DNA of 64,000 nucleotides. Source: a virus. Taxonomy: Duplodnaviria; Caudoviricetes. This document shows, piece after piece, positions 46,301-55,930 of the stretch. The notes under the pieces were generated by a model. That model did no database searches, was not told the origin of the DNA, and worked only from the letters and a program-made list of their open reading frames with translations. Positions within the stretch are counted from its first letter, which is position 1; each line of letters opens with the position of its first letter. The position numbers were made by a program, and so were the translations under genes. The DNA lies in the IMG/VR virus record IMGVR_UViG_3300020577_003313. One strand, written 5' to 3'.

Positions 46301-46397
46301 TAATGGAACTTTCTGGTCGTTAAAGGATATGCAATTAGGAGCGGCGGAATTCGTTAACGAAATAGGATTCGGAGAACTTCTTAAGGAAATCAAATGA
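40380..46397 (+). CDS. large baseplate hub-like protein (gp27/VgrG-like core with insertions)
   Basis: GRRIQIKMGY...VFTGRIAEI...VTIVAQG and YRGTLTIKG...IKPYDRI...VESVVHHW hub patterns. Confidence 0.7.
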   Translation: MTSTSLQIGPYTFQHSVQSIVLQEQKALNAAETTRSSKNLIIDTGKTSSKAVIQFLFSGINEINTDARRLIALFRCCPVISCKNEMISNSWKPLTNQTKKDTDILPKDTAAVDRTEYNQFVPVGLEEISISSVPDLPFCIYLTLTLSKIDVSNATSGDILYQDENPANRWTDPAKAFWLKKWVDTILEDQKIPILIREDFDNISFEWFGKDIFGDRVTSNNIPGRINLEQDSPYLKIQAETCTIRNNFVYNTLIGKGSPSPQHMGSTSRYYSLDILSNGQTDSGESEYKMLQTFKEASDEMARSKNRENRIIGWAVTSPISKLLAVSSYPIRYRSGIFVPITVSQETSSEPFVKTISIDMIENNVDFFQQNEILLTEGGTDYDDLLAYYKRLTEKEYQFRKNKQTPGYVDSALSGTSIQSQEEYDAWSLFWPISSPGYTWVKNTDIFGVLSKETLKAVFLDPEYDTKERLAIALNQAILVVGETLSGSRQVPIWTKTKINLDQIRSLVAGSDSDEKDLASIFIAIKDLVSTKMILGADETAINFLSQKIFLSFLGDFDGVLDVNTESGSVVQILAGSVYQFHPDFLSALFRVLVERRKPPQFKIPAYSIDAVNTSFFKLIAAFAKDNNKLPIYKEPEPGTSNDNAKALSVVKANNRCLYPDLLLPTYGELYEDKWTLFAPTYNDFGIINRKPSSDSVIADNPQNEIAVSIDDYVSPAAWFFNKKFKEGLDKLLSFVDKDASAAAAVGHNLVISIPFDTDEIEELEELLQKKEEDNPTYRAASLPTIIERSESIIRNAIQRQLDNPNQKFYDSLKQLEIIDANEALRQQYLSSSSKTVSILQSNAGSITVKRKLTAPGVAGAIVRVLKEYKLLSTSDRLPRLDAYEEYRSADKTSEFKFIRGLDENTQQSVKSMIDQLPDTYESMVKLFPACKVYLVDKRGTDIVGDDSFFTVNPIVSIDITLDKEEADLAVIRVADPMYILQRDYFPTGGINTIKGQDGATLSRTVLGSLKGNNFDHYLKRFKLAQGRRIQIKMGYDSNPKNLKTVFTGRIAEIEPGDVVTIVAQGWKAELMSRQVAFANSNAKSWGAKDLAVQAITAANPDGFGDFYAQRDTNFILRNLPSADAEELARQVLRVQEGSITEHGERGFLSSAKNSVVSFFGGTEYDKENPGLDTRLKNIWYPEIPEVSNILGLRSFFQILPSQVNDSWVVPLQPAWEVLKEAARHTWNYIVQVVPYDGEATIFFGHPDQPYYYTKGNKISRTYYDKFLEGFVKSGEDVNNLVSGFFSSPFYGEGYVPNIDNLQKINNAITNSYDNAELGFASDKKINSKYDLGSFIENPEVLDDFYQELTKSRRSAVTFREANRSYKMLEHLLNSNLFGNLFVKLALKSKAPLAAYQDLKSTYLKSRTDTIIAKLFFEMPEIEAQAYFWRNIGRDMETLMSPSVNLGDLQDISNGMSVDLSIKEVIINEINSIYKSVSSAWYYDVGRTPTVVVKDIDNLRNLVVSKATNLYSRYYTNELYAASIKSLNEKIAEWGNNKITGESTKQLQSVVSSIRESIKKLNPKFSSIKEDIQSETLVAKLRIFVYYLAEYLKNDSQGRLEADKISTLAISLPPTMQVFRVFHNIDSDHDIVSNNIVASTRDMWNTVVIEYPERDAATDKVDDETALYNKTEFYSGIKWVYWPKNEVSGVVGLQFHPGLTLANKKIRVFTEINCQGGELAAKLACNRLAEGLRKMYRGTLTIKGRHIKPYDRIILNDDYTNMVGPVEVESVVHHWNLDTGWVSNIQPEAVCDSNAGAAVVQTAAMEALFDKVFRTTDFLTDLVTYCIIVATLGGGTPIVGGQFAVKKGLTGAIKKWWEKGTKDYIYDRLIAGKDNILKLKDIIAGQYKDPLNALRTIIRTFIQGPGGKIFASQVISGAVDTLTDTAFKLTVCTSFVMNAQKAEQLPVLLSPLLFNGMPFLAGLETEDPIWAVFFNGTFWSLKDMQLGAAEFVNEIGFGELLKEIK

Positions 46398-46864
46398 GCC
46401 TATCCTCAAAGATAGATCTAAATTCTAGAAATGCTTCTAGACGATTTGCCAAAGGAACTCTATGCTCCATACTATATGGAGTAGATATAGTTTCATTTAT
46501 TAGCAGAAACGGTTTATTCCCCACTGGATTCAGATTAACACATCCAGAATTTGGCTACAATGCTAAGTCAAATAGAGTTCTGTGCGTGCCTAAGGTTAAC
46601 AAGCCAGAGCTGGATGGTCTACTGGGATATGCTAATTCGTCAGGAGATGACGCAATAAATAGAGCAGCCGGGCTATCTGCTTTCTTAAAGCAGAACATGA
46701 TTCTCGTTTATTTAAATAATAAGACTAATGAGCTAGAGATAGCTAAGTTAGTGGCTTATGATGTTGAGATAGATTCAATGGACCTGCTAGGATCTCTATC
46801 AGGAAATCTAGTTCTCAAGTCTGGAGTGACTGATGAGAACGAAGGAAATAAATGGAATGACTGA
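46394..46864 (+). CDS. hypothetical baseplate-region protein
   Basis: ATGA-coupled ORF. Confidence 0.7.
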   Translation: MSLSSKIDLNSRNASRRFAKGTLCSILYGVDIVSFISRNGLFPTGFRLTHPEFGYNAKSNRVLCVPKVNKPELDGLLGYANSSGDDAINRAAGLSAFLKQNMILVYLNNKTNELEIAKLVAYDVEIDSMDLLGSLSGNLVLKSGVTDENEGNKWND

Positions 46865-47528
46865 CAGTTCGCAAAATAATCCAAACTCAATTGCAGGCTC
46901 AGCAGATGGAGCAGCAACACAAGACGAGCTAGTTTCTGGTGTAGTAGATATCAATCTAACTCCTAGCAATAAAGATCTACAGACCCTTGCCGCAGATACT
47001 CTGCGGGCACTAGAATGGTCTACCACTTCTAAGACTAATGTTTCGTCCTCTCCTAAGTATCCTGGCAGTCCTTATAACTCTTACATAGGAGGAGGATCAT
47101 TTAGTATGGTTCCCCTGCTTGGTAGGTTTGTGTTTTCTTCTTCTGAAAATGAAGAAAGCCCTCCTGCTTTAAAAGTTGATAAGGCGTCTTCCACTTTTTC
47201 CTCAACAAGTACTTCCACAACACTAGGTAGTAAAAATATTGATACCCTTGATGGGTATCAGGTGACTCAAACAGATCGCCCCAGTACTCCATTCAGTCCC
47301 CAGAAGACCTGGGTGAAGGACATATTTAACACCCTAGCAGATAGTAAGTTAGTGCAGCTAGCTTTCTTAGAAGCAATTAATGTATTACTTCTCTCTGCAC
47401 TTAGCAATAAAGGGACAAAATCAGAGCAAATAACTAAGACAACAGGTCCAGATATCGGTACAACGATAGTTGACAATCAAGAAATTGAAGATAGAATCTT
47501 GGCCGAGGTATACAGTAGAAGACAATGA
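46857..47528 (+). CDS. hypothetical baseplate-region protein
   Basis: ORF track 46833-47528; ATG 46857 preferred because it reduces the overlap and follows AAGGA. Confidence 0.65.
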   Translation: MTDSSQNNPNSIAGSADGAATQDELVSGVVDINLTPSNKDLQTLAADTLRALEWSTTSKTNVSSSPKYPGSPYNSYIGGGSFSMVPLLGRFVFSSSENEESPPALKVDKASSTFSSTSTSTTLGSKNIDTLDGYQVTQTDRPSTPFSPQKTWVKDIFNTLADSKLVQLAFLEAINVLLLSALSNKGTKSEQITKTTGPDIGTTIVDNQEIEDRILAEVYSRRQ

Positions 47529-47962
47529 CTAGCTATACAGAACAAGACATTGCTCTAACCTTTGACGGAGATATAATTCTAGAGTCGAATGGTGACATAA
47601 AGGTGGCCAATTCTTTGGACACCTACAAGAGCGCGGCTAACTTTGTCCTAAGAACTGACTATGGAGATTATGCGGCCGATAACAATGTCGGCTGTAACCT
47701 AGGTTCTTTCATTGGTGCTACCAATACACCAGATGTACACGCTGAAATGGAATACAACATAACCAGTACTCTACAGAACGAAATTTTTGGTCAGGGTTCT
47801 GTTGTAGCTACTGTAGTTCCATTTGATATAGATGAGGCCCTGGCCATAATAGAAATCGCAGGAATTTTCTTGATAGACGGTGAGTATACCTATGTTCAGG
47901 GCGATCGTATGAATTATGCTTTCCCGTATATTGACGGAAACCCAACACCACTAGTAGTTTAA
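47525..47962 (+). CDS. baseplate wedge gp25-like sheath initiator
   Basis: DIALTFDGDIILESNGDI...LRTDYGDY...VGCNLGSFIG; directly before baseplate J. Confidence 0.8.
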   Translation: MTSYTEQDIALTFDGDIILESNGDIKVANSLDTYKSAANFVLRTDYGDYAADNNVGCNLGSFIGATNTPDVHAEMEYNITSTLQNEIFGQGSVVATVVPFDIDEALAIIEIAGIFLIDGEYTYVQGDRMNYAFPYIDGNPTPLVV

Positions 47963-47965
47963 CAT

Positions 47966-49120
47966 ATGCCGTTAAAAAAGAAAAGCCTATCTGAGATGAC
48001 CAAGGATTCTCTGCGGTATCTAGCAGAGAATACAAATATTACATATTTTGCCCAGGGGTCGGTATCTAAAGCTCTAATAGAAGCAACAAACCTAGAGATA
48101 TCTAGATTACAAGATTTTGTATCTACTACTTTTGATAACGGATTCCTCTCTACAGCAAGCGGTATCTACCTAGATCTATTCGGAGAAATGCTGAATACTC
48201 CTAGAATCAGAGACAGGGCCGCCTCGTCCTCTGCTGAGGACGGGGCTGTGAGGTTCTATGTAGATAGTGGTACTCTAGGATCAAAGCTTCCTAGCCTTAT
48301 TGTAGCTAACAAGGGCACGATTCCTTCGGGTACCAGAGTATCCACTAAAGACGGATCTATTACTTACTATGTAAGTAATGATGTAACATTCCCAATTAAC
48401 GCTAGAAGCGTTTTCGTTCCTGTAAGTGTTTCTAGTTCTGGCTCTTCATACAATGTTGGAGCCAATCAGCTAACAACACATAGTCTTTCTTCCTCTGATA
48501 TTAAGGTTACAAACGACCTTGCTATCACATCCGGAACAGATGTAGAGTCTGATGCTGAGTACAGATATCGCCTGTCAAAGGCGATGACAACCAAGTTTGG
48601 AGCTAATAGAACGGCTATACAAGTAGCTGCTTCTTCTCAACCTGGAGTATCAAGAGCAGATGTACTTCCTTTTACAAGAGGATCCGGCACCTTCGATGTG
48701 TTGCTAATCCCCCAAGGAAACAGACTTACCGTAACTGCTAAGGAAGATACCAGAAGAGCTATAGAGCAGGTAACTGCTTTTGGCGTTAGCCCTAGAATTC
48801 TAGAACCAGTCTATGTACCATTTAGAATTATAGTTCAATTAATTTACCAGGAAGGAACCGCAGAGGGTCAAAAAATTACTATAAGAACTGGCGCAGAATC
48901 GGCCATTCTTAGATACTTCGCATCTATCCCAATAGGTGGAGAAGTTGTAATGAATCAAATCAGAGCAGCAGTACTAACCAGCAATACTGCTATCAAAGAT
49001 ATGAGGATAGTAGAGCTCTGCATAGATAATCACCAGAGAACAATAAACAATGTTCAGCTAGAAAAAGATGAACTCCTAGTTCCAGATTCAGAGTCCGACG
49101 ACAGCGTAAAGGTAGTATAA
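47966..49120 (+). CDS. baseplate J-like wedge protein
   Basis: TASGIYLDLFG, TIPSGTRV, SGTDVESDAEYRYR, RGSGTFDV. Confidence 0.92.
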   Translation: MPLKKKSLSEMTKDSLRYLAENTNITYFAQGSVSKALIEATNLEISRLQDFVSTTFDNGFLSTASGIYLDLFGEMLNTPRIRDRAASSSAEDGAVRFYVDSGTLGSKLPSLIVANKGTIPSGTRVSTKDGSITYYVSNDVTFPINARSVFVPVSVSSSGSSYNVGANQLTTHSLSSSDIKVTNDLAITSGTDVESDAEYRYRLSKAMTTKFGANRTAIQVAASSQPGVSRADVLPFTRGSGTFDVLLIPQGNRLTVTAKEDTRRAIEQVTAFGVSPRILEPVYVPFRIIVQLIYQEGTAEGQKITIRTGAESAILRYFASIPIGGEVVMNQIRAAVLTSNTAIKDMRIVELCIDNHQRTINNVQLEKDELLVPDSESDDSVKVV

Positions 49121-49590
49121 TGTTCAAATTTTTCCAAGCACAGTATAACCCACAAGATCTTACAGGAACTGTAGGTGGTTCTATATCTACTTTGGAACTT
49201 AGTGGATATCTCGGAGAACTGTTTACATATACAGTAGCTCCACCAGAAGAGTACACTGGTGCATATTACCAGTATAGAAAGATCTTTGTGATGAACGATT
49301 ACGAATCATCTTCATCTAATACAAGACTGTGGCTGGATGCTCAGCAGCATCCTGATCAAATATCAATAGCTGTTCAGACTGGAGGAACTCCTACTGTAGC
49401 TAATGCTTCCACAGAACCAAACGGCATAACAACATGGGCACAGCCTTCTAACTTCTCAGAAGGAGTAGAGATTGGAACCATGACATCTAGCTCCTACACT
49501 GGAGTTTGGCTCAGACAAAAACTGAGCGAAGTAACTGAAGCAGATCCATACTCGTCTCTAAGAATCTATATAGGCGGGATCATTAACTAA
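49120..49590 (+). CDS. virion structural protein, hypothetical
   Basis: YRKIFVMN...YTGVWLRQ beta-sandwich pattern; TAATG-coupled. Confidence 0.7.
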   Translation: MFKFFQAQYNPQDLTGTVGGSISTLELSGYLGELFTYTVAPPEEYTGAYYQYRKIFVMNDYESSSSNTRLWLDAQQHPDQISIAVQTGGTPTVANASTEPNGITTWAQPSNFSEGVEIGTMTSSSYTGVWLRQKLSEVTEADPYSSLRIYIGGIIN

Positions 49591-49598
49591 GGTAACAC

Positions 49599-51227
49599 AT
49601 GACAGACAGTATCGGCATTAACTTAGCGTTCGATTATCAATCACTTCGCTATAAAATAAGCGCGCTATACAACGCAAGATCGTTCCCGTCTACATCCTAT
49701 ACTACTGAATTATTCAGTAACAGCGGGTTCGCATCTCCTGGAACTGTATCAACATTGCTTGGAGGAGTTATATCGTCAACCGCTAGCTCCGCCTACCAGC
49801 TACCTTACTCAATACTAGATAGCGATGGCACGCCCATGGCTGCTGGTTACATATTACAGCATTCTATTGTACAAGGTAGATCCTACGGATCTACTACTCC
49901 TAAGTTTGGTATAAACGACGTAGGCGGATTCGGCTACGATAGAGGTAGCGAGAATTCAAGTGTTTACATTACTAATCCATTCTCAGAAATGAGAGTAGAC
50001 TATAACGTAGACCCAACATTATACTCTTCTTATGCAGGCTTGTCTGGCCAAATAGTAGACTATTTAATTAACCTAGACACGTTCTTAAGTAAGAAAAATG
50101 ATTCATATGTTTCTGTTCCTGTTCAGTTCTCAAGAGGAGATGCTTCTCTTAATGCTAAAGTAACTGCTCAACAGAACAATAGAATCACTTGGGACAACCC
50201 ATTCTTAGTAACATCTGTAGGAACTACAGACTTTACAGATGCTAAGCTTTCTGTGCTATCAGGAGTTGAATCTGGAAACTCGTTTAGAGTAGTTTCTTAT
50301 GATAACTCCAATAAGTACTTGTATCTAGATAAGTCTGGTTCTTTCGTTAATTCTATAATCCAAGTAGCTCCTAGAGCTACGGTCATGGCTTATTCTGGAT
50401 GGAGTGACTCCGCACAAGTTAGATGTAAGTTTGATTTGAATAAATCATTCCCGGTCGGAATGGGATATTACTCCGGAGTAGTGAGCTACTCTGGACAAAG
50501 CACATACGAGCTAACTCCAGGAGTTAATGTTCTTACAGATACTGTAACCATTCCTAAGGATATATACATGAGAGCTCCGGAGTTCGGAGACATTTTCATG
50601 TTCAAAACGCCGTCTTCTGTTACAGCAAGCGGACTGATTGTATCTGTGTCTCACAATTCATCCACATATGGTATACAGTATTATCCAAGACAGCAGCCAG
50701 GAACTACTCCTCCTAACAACGCCTTTACTCTAAAAAGAACTGCAAAGTTTGATCTAGAGTACTATCCTCAGTTTGGTAAGAACTACACTCTTGTGAGCTA
50801 CATTGATGGCTCTTCACTTGAAGCAGGAATTGTAAATGTTCCAGCACCGACTGCAACCTTGGAAATTGCAGCAGGAGATTACGATAGCTCCTTTAGTTCA
50901 GTTACTGATACAAGCCATTTCCACATTGGTCCAATCCATCTATCAGATGGAAGTGTACTGACGGGTACAAATATCTTAATTAGTGGAAGCCTCTATAACA
51001 ACAATCCAACATCAAACGTTCCTCTAGGAACTTGGAATAGGTTTACTTCTGCAAGTACAAACGTTGCTCCTGTTTACTCTGGGTTGTATGCAAAGAATGG
51101 ATCGCTAATAACGGTTCTGCCGAACTCTTTCACAACTCCTGACATGCTAACACTAATTGCTTCTGCAAGTGTAGGCAGCTCAACAATTAACAAGATCATA
51201 AACTTACCAGTTCAGCCTCCAGTCTAA
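49599..51227 (+). CDS. Ser/Thr/Gly/Tyr-rich beta-structured virion protein
   Basis: 542-aa ORF in the baseplate module. Confidence 0.7.
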   Translation: MTDSIGINLAFDYQSLRYKISALYNARSFPSTSYTTELFSNSGFASPGTVSTLLGGVISSTASSAYQLPYSILDSDGTPMAAGYILQHSIVQGRSYGSTTPKFGINDVGGFGYDRGSENSSVYITNPFSEMRVDYNVDPTLYSSYAGLSGQIVDYLINLDTFLSKKNDSYVSVPVQFSRGDASLNAKVTAQQNNRITWDNPFLVTSVGTTDFTDAKLSVLSGVESGNSFRVVSYDNSNKYLYLDKSGSFVNSIIQVAPRATVMAYSGWSDSAQVRCKFDLNKSFPVGMGYYSGVVSYSGQSTYELTPGVNVLTDTVTIPKDIYMRAPEFGDIFMFKTPSSVTASGLIVSVSHNSSTYGIQYYPRQQPGTTPPNNAFTLKRTAKFDLEYYPQFGKNYTLVSYIDGSSLEAGIVNVPAPTATLEIAAGDYDSSFSSVTDTSHFHIGPIHLSDGSVLTGTNILISGSLYNNNPTSNVPLGTWNRFTSASTNVAPVYSGLYAKNGSLITVLPNSFTTPDMLTLIASASVGSSTINKIINLPVQPPV

Positions 51228-54200
51228 TGATTATTACCAAGAATACAGTAGGCGCCTCTCCTGTAAGAGGCGGTTCTTTTTTAAGCCAGAAAGGATTTGC
51301 TTCTAGAAGACCTACAGTTAGTACTAGCAATGCTGAAAAGAATTACAGCACACTGTCTAGGTCGCCTGACAATACTACAGTATTCAGACTTTTTAATACT
51401 GAGGCAGAGTTTATATTTGAGTACGACCCTATAACTGGTGTTAGACTATCTAAGTTTAGGTCAAATGATGATGATACTTACTTCATTAATCATTCGAGAA
51501 AATTGTGGGAACTATGTATAAGAAGACAAACTGTTGTCGATGTTCCAACCAATTATGTTTTCGTAGATAAGTATTTTGTAAGACCTACTAGAGCCACGTT
51601 CTCAGTACCTTCAGTAATTCCAGTTTCCACATCTGAAGGAAAAACATTTGTCTTTAGATGGAAAGACGTTCCATATAATTACAAAAACAGAACTAAAACA
51701 TGTAGCGTGTCGCTGACAGCATTTTTACCAAAGGGGTCTCCTTATCTAGAGATGTCTGTGTCTGTTGAAGCAAATCACGCAATATCGTCTAAGGATGTGG
51801 ACGTGTGTATTTCTGCTGTTGGCATGCCCAGTCTTTCTCTTAGAAAGAGAGGTGCTAATCAATCGCAAGATTACATCTCCTTACCAATAACTGAAGGGTC
51901 TACTATACTTGATCCGATCAAAAGACTTGCCGCTCCAAGATTTGACGAAGAATCATTTCAGTTTAATGAGAATGCTACTAAGACTTATTTAGGAGCAGGA
52001 CTTCCTGGTAATCCTCTTGTTAGGACTCTGAAGAGAGGAAACTTTGGTAGTCCGGGACAGATGTCTGTCCCTTTAATTATATTTGGTAATAGAACTGACA
52101 AGCGCGGATTCATTTATTACGCAATGGATCCAGATCTATTACACTCTAAGCAATTTCAATATTTTTCTGATGGCTATTCTATGCATATCAGAACTTATGA
52201 TATATCTGATCACGAAATAGACCCATATGGAATGGGAGGCAAAGTATCTTATGAGAATGTCTCTTATCCTTCTCCTGTGTTGGCGTATGGTAACCGGAAA
52301 AATACGATTGGATGGAAAGTAAGAATAAGACCATATACCTCCCCAACTATATGGGGAGATTGGTACGCTACTACTTTATACAAAAAAGAAGTAGTCCCAG
52401 AGCTAGAAGCTAGTGGAGTCATTCCGAAATCGTTCAAAGAACGATATTTAAGTGGGTATCTGGATAAAAGGGATTCTGAAGTCCCATTCATAGCAGTCCA
52501 TTATGGGTATCTTTCTGGATCTGTGACTCCGTCACTTTCTGGAAATTCCTACTTACAGAATCTGTACAAAGACGCTACGTATCCTTCTACTCAGCAATCT
52601 CCAAAAGTAATAACGCACTTTCAGCCTGTTTCTCTTAACAACCTAGAAAATACTGGAAGTATTTACTATGGATGGGAACAGTGGGCTAGTAAGAATCCTA
52701 TTAGCACGAAGGGCCAGTTTTTATCTCCTGATATCTCAGGATTTAATAATAACTTTGCTTCTATAGTAAGCACAATGCAGGCAAGTGGGCAGTCCCTTTC
52801 TGTCTACACTATGTGGCCATTCCTAATCAGTAGCGGATCTAATTGGACTAGGACACATTCTGGCATGGACTTAATTACTAAGTCCCCAATTAATCAATCC
52901 AAGACTTTCACTACTGGTGACTATAAGTACTATCTTGTTGACAACCAGCAAACTATTGCTACTGGTGAAGTATTCAGTTGCTGTATCGCTCCTACTCTAT
53001 ACTATGACAAGCATGTAGAAATAAGCAGAGACATGTCCAATAGTGGGCTAATGCAATTCTACTTTGATACAGCTGGAGCATGGTCTAGAGGATGCTATGC
53101 TGAGTCGCATCAATATTATCATACAGGATTAGCTAGAACGGTTTCCTTAAAGCACCCAAGAGCTGGAACTTCTCACTATTTCAATAGACTACAGTACAAA
53201 GCCTTCACAGGCGCTAGAGGCGCCACTCTTGCAAATAGAAGTGCTAATTGGCCAGACGTAAGTGGCTCAGTATTTAATCCTTCGTTCTTTGAACACATCT
53301 GTGATGCTAACATTCCGGTCACAGATGGTTCGCTTCTGTACAATCCTACTTCAGCGATATACGCAACTTATTTCAGTCCGCTATCCTTAACCAATCCTCT
53401 ATGGAGTGGTTCTCCTAGAGGAGACGCCATCTGGGGATCACTAGGAACTGTATACTATAATGTTGTGGCTATAGAACCTCCGAACTGGCTACAAACAAAC
53501 CCAATCTTTACTACTATCTATGGAGATAGACAGTTTATAAGTGATTGGTTTAACGCTTCGATTGGCAACCATTTACTTATGTCTGGAGCGTGCTGGCCAA
53601 CAGAACCAGCCGGAACTACATCAATATATGGTTACCCAGATTCTAGGATACCCAATGACTCCGGTAGATATTATCAGAACAAGAACTGGGTAGCATCTAG
53701 AATAAATATGCTACCGAGAATAACCGCAACATATCAGTACCGCGATTATTCTGGTATAGATTCTAGATGGGTTCCAGCTACTCCAGAAATGTCTGGAGCG
53801 ATGAACGCTCCTGTCTGGAGCGGTATGCAGCAATTTACGAGATCAATCTGTAGGCTTCTGGCATATGCGCCAGATCATATGTATCACGGCTATGCTGAGC
53901 ATCCGCTAGAATCCTGGACAGTAGGAAACGATGCGTCTGCCTATGGACCTAGAGTCTATAGAAGCACTAGAATTCCAAATGCTAGCGGATGGCTAAGAGG
54001 CGACGACAAAGTTATTCACGGTGTTAGAAGACACCATTCAAACGATTCAGTAGTGCTCTGGATAGCTAACTGGACTTCAGGATCGGCATTCTTCTCGGGT
54101 AGCTTCGATCCAGCTGCTTACGAATTTGAATCTGGTTACGGAGTAACCCAGATAGACCTTTCTGATACTGGAAATGGAACACTATCTAACTTTGGTCTGT

Positions 54201-55930
54201 ACTCCTATAACACTCCATATTCAGTAGTTGGAACGTTAGCTGAGAACGAAATTAGAGCCTACATTATAGATCCTACTGTATCCCTATATACTGATACAGA
54301 AATAAATAGTGATTCTCCAATATCAGTAACTACTAACTTCGCATATGTTAGATATGCTTATGGCCAGCAAGAGCTAAGCACAAACAATACTTCTGTAGTT
54401 TATGAGTATGGATCTCAACATGTAAAAGAATACAATCCTCCGTCTGAAGGATACAAAGCTCCTATGACGCAGGCTATTGCTAATAATTTACCTCAGTGGC
54501 TAAAGCTCAGACAGGATGTGACATCTACTGGATGGATGTTAGTCAATAGCTGGGCTCAAAACCTAGAAGAAGTACTTGACGAAGTCAAGTTAAATGTTCC
54601 AAATAAGTTTGTATCTTCTTCAGATACATCTTTAAAGAATCTAGTAAATTACTTTGATATAACAAACGAAGAGCTCCTCGATAACAGAGTCAAGGATAAT
54701 CTTCTGTTTAATACAGACTTTACAATTAGCTCTCCTGCTAGATACGAGCTACCAGCCGGTTGGTCTGACTATGCTACAACAACCGACTATATTCAGCTAT
54801 CACTAAACAAGCCATTCATTACTGCCAACAGTATAAAGGCAACAGGGTCCGGAAAGTTTGGACAAACAGCATACCTAGATAATGCTCAAATCAAAGATTT
54901 GACGGCTAGTATTTATCTCTTGTCTAATGCAGAGAACACTGTTATAAAACTTCTAACAAGCATAGAAATGCTTGACGGATCAATACTTCATAAGCAGTCT
55001 CTGGTCACTACAAGATCTGCTGAATGGAGAAGACTGACTCACACAGTGCCTGTGAATGGTCAGGTGTATAGAGTACAGTTTATGGTGTTTACTGATTGCT
55101 CAGATACAGTTTACTTCAATGCTCCAAAACTAGAGGCGTCTAGTTTTGCTACTAAGTGGTCAGCAGGACCTACAGACTACCTGCCATATCTAACTAGCTC
55201 TAGCATTTTCAATGCTGTCTATGTAATAGGCAATGAAAGTACCAGCAATAAGAAGATACCGCTCTATCCTATTTCTTCCGAAGAAGAGTTCCTCAGAATA
55301 GATGTTCCTACCAGAATCGAAAAATTTGTAGTCTCTAACCCAGAAGATCTCTATCCTTTTACTACTGATGTAAAGGGAAGAAAGATATCCTACTTCAATG
55401 AAATATTTGATGTCCGCTGGGTTGTCGAAGATGACAAAGTTAAGATGAAGTCTTATGGTATAAACCAGTTTGACACTTTCAGAGAACTAGGTATAAGAGA
55501 TCTATCCTTTGATGAAGGCGTTAAGTATGGCACATATCTTGAGAACAACCTAACTACTAAGCCTTTGCTTAGTTGTATCAAGGGAAACAAGCTATATGTT
55601 CTCTGCTTAGAAACCTATTATGGGTACAGCAAATATGTAGTTAAGATTGTCGAAGCTGTAGAACCTCTACAGGACAGAGATTATCTTGAATCACTCATAG
55701 ACTTTGATCTAGACCTACCTCTCAATCAGGGTCAATTTTTTAACGAGAGCGAAGAAAGCCCGGTCACTCTAGCTTTCTCAGAAGTAGATCCAACTTGTAT
55801 GGTCGTGACGACTAACCTCTCACGTCAATTTTATTACAAGTTGCACTTCGATTACTACTTCTATGCCTCAGCCGCAAATAGAGTATACACAATAGAGTCT
55901 TACAACGAATCTAAGATTCAGGTAATGTAA
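51227..55930 (+). CDS. 1567-aa baseplate appendage: glycoside-hydrolase-like (DUF6259-like) region + wedge-anchor + CBM-like domain
   Basis: FYFDTAGAWSRGCYAESH...HP pattern; TQAIANNLPQW; NLLFNTDF...LPAGW...EWRRLT CBM4/9-like pattern. Confidence 0.5.
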   Translation: MIITKNTVGASPVRGGSFLSQKGFASRRPTVSTSNAEKNYSTLSRSPDNTTVFRLFNTEAEFIFEYDPITGVRLSKFRSNDDDTYFINHSRKLWELCIRRQTVVDVPTNYVFVDKYFVRPTRATFSVPSVIPVSTSEGKTFVFRWKDVPYNYKNRTKTCSVSLTAFLPKGSPYLEMSVSVEANHAISSKDVDVCISAVGMPSLSLRKRGANQSQDYISLPITEGSTILDPIKRLAAPRFDEESFQFNENATKTYLGAGLPGNPLVRTLKRGNFGSPGQMSVPLIIFGNRTDKRGFIYYAMDPDLLHSKQFQYFSDGYSMHIRTYDISDHEIDPYGMGGKVSYENVSYPSPVLAYGNRKNTIGWKVRIRPYTSPTIWGDWYATTLYKKEVVPELEASGVIPKSFKERYLSGYLDKRDSEVPFIAVHYGYLSGSVTPSLSGNSYLQNLYKDATYPSTQQSPKVITHFQPVSLNNLENTGSIYYGWEQWASKNPISTKGQFLSPDISGFNNNFASIVSTMQASGQSLSVYTMWPFLISSGSNWTRTHSGMDLITKSPINQSKTFTTGDYKYYLVDNQQTIATGEVFSCCIAPTLYYDKHVEISRDMSNSGLMQFYFDTAGAWSRGCYAESHQYYHTGLARTVSLKHPRAGTSHYFNRLQYKAFTGARGATLANRSANWPDVSGSVFNPSFFEHICDANIPVTDGSLLYNPTSAIYATYFSPLSLTNPLWSGSPRGDAIWGSLGTVYYNVVAIEPPNWLQTNPIFTTIYGDRQFISDWFNASIGNHLLMSGACWPTEPAGTTSIYGYPDSRIPNDSGRYYQNKNWVASRINMLPRITATYQYRDYSGIDSRWVPATPEMSGAMNAPVWSGMQQFTRSICRLLAYAPDHMYHGYAEHPLESWTVGNDASAYGPRVYRSTRIPNASGWLRGDDKVIHGVRRHHSNDSVVLWIANWTSGSAFFSGSFDPAAYEFESGYGVTQIDLSDTGNGTLSNFGLYSYNTPYSVVGTLAENEIRAYIIDPTVSLYTDTEINSDSPISVTTNFAYVRYAYGQQELSTNNTSVVYEYGSQHVKEYNPPSEGYKAPMTQAIANNLPQWLKLRQDVTSTGWMLVNSWAQNLEEVLDEVKLNVPNKFVSSSDTSLKNLVNYFDITNEELLDNRVKDNLLFNTDFTISSPARYELPAGWSDYATTTDYIQLSLNKPFITANSIKATGSGKFGQTAYLDNAQIKDLTASIYLLSNAENTVIKLLTSIEMLDGSILHKQSLVTTRSAEWRRLTHTVPVNGQVYRVQFMVFTDCSDTVYFNAPKLEASSFATKWSAGPTDYLPYLTSSSIFNAVYVIGNESTSNKKIPLYPISSEEEFLRIDVPTRIEKFVVSNPEDLYPFTTDVKGRKISYFNEIFDVRWVVEDDKVKMKSYGINQFDTFRELGIRDLSFDEGVKYGTYLENNLTTKPLLSCIKGNKLYVLCLETYYGYSKYVVKIVEAVEPLQDRDYLESLIDFDLDLPLNQGQFFNESEESPVTLAFSEVDPTCMVVTTNLSRQFYYKLHFDYYFYASAANRVYTIESYNESKIQVM

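Noticed and set aside
26140-49120. Tailocin or extracellular contractile injection system
   Set aside because: A complete head and packaging module is present in the same operon
3754-52491. Many 60-144 aa minus-strand ORFs in the track
   Set aside because: All lie antisense to long, motif-bearing, coupled plus-strand genes and are treated as shadow ORFs
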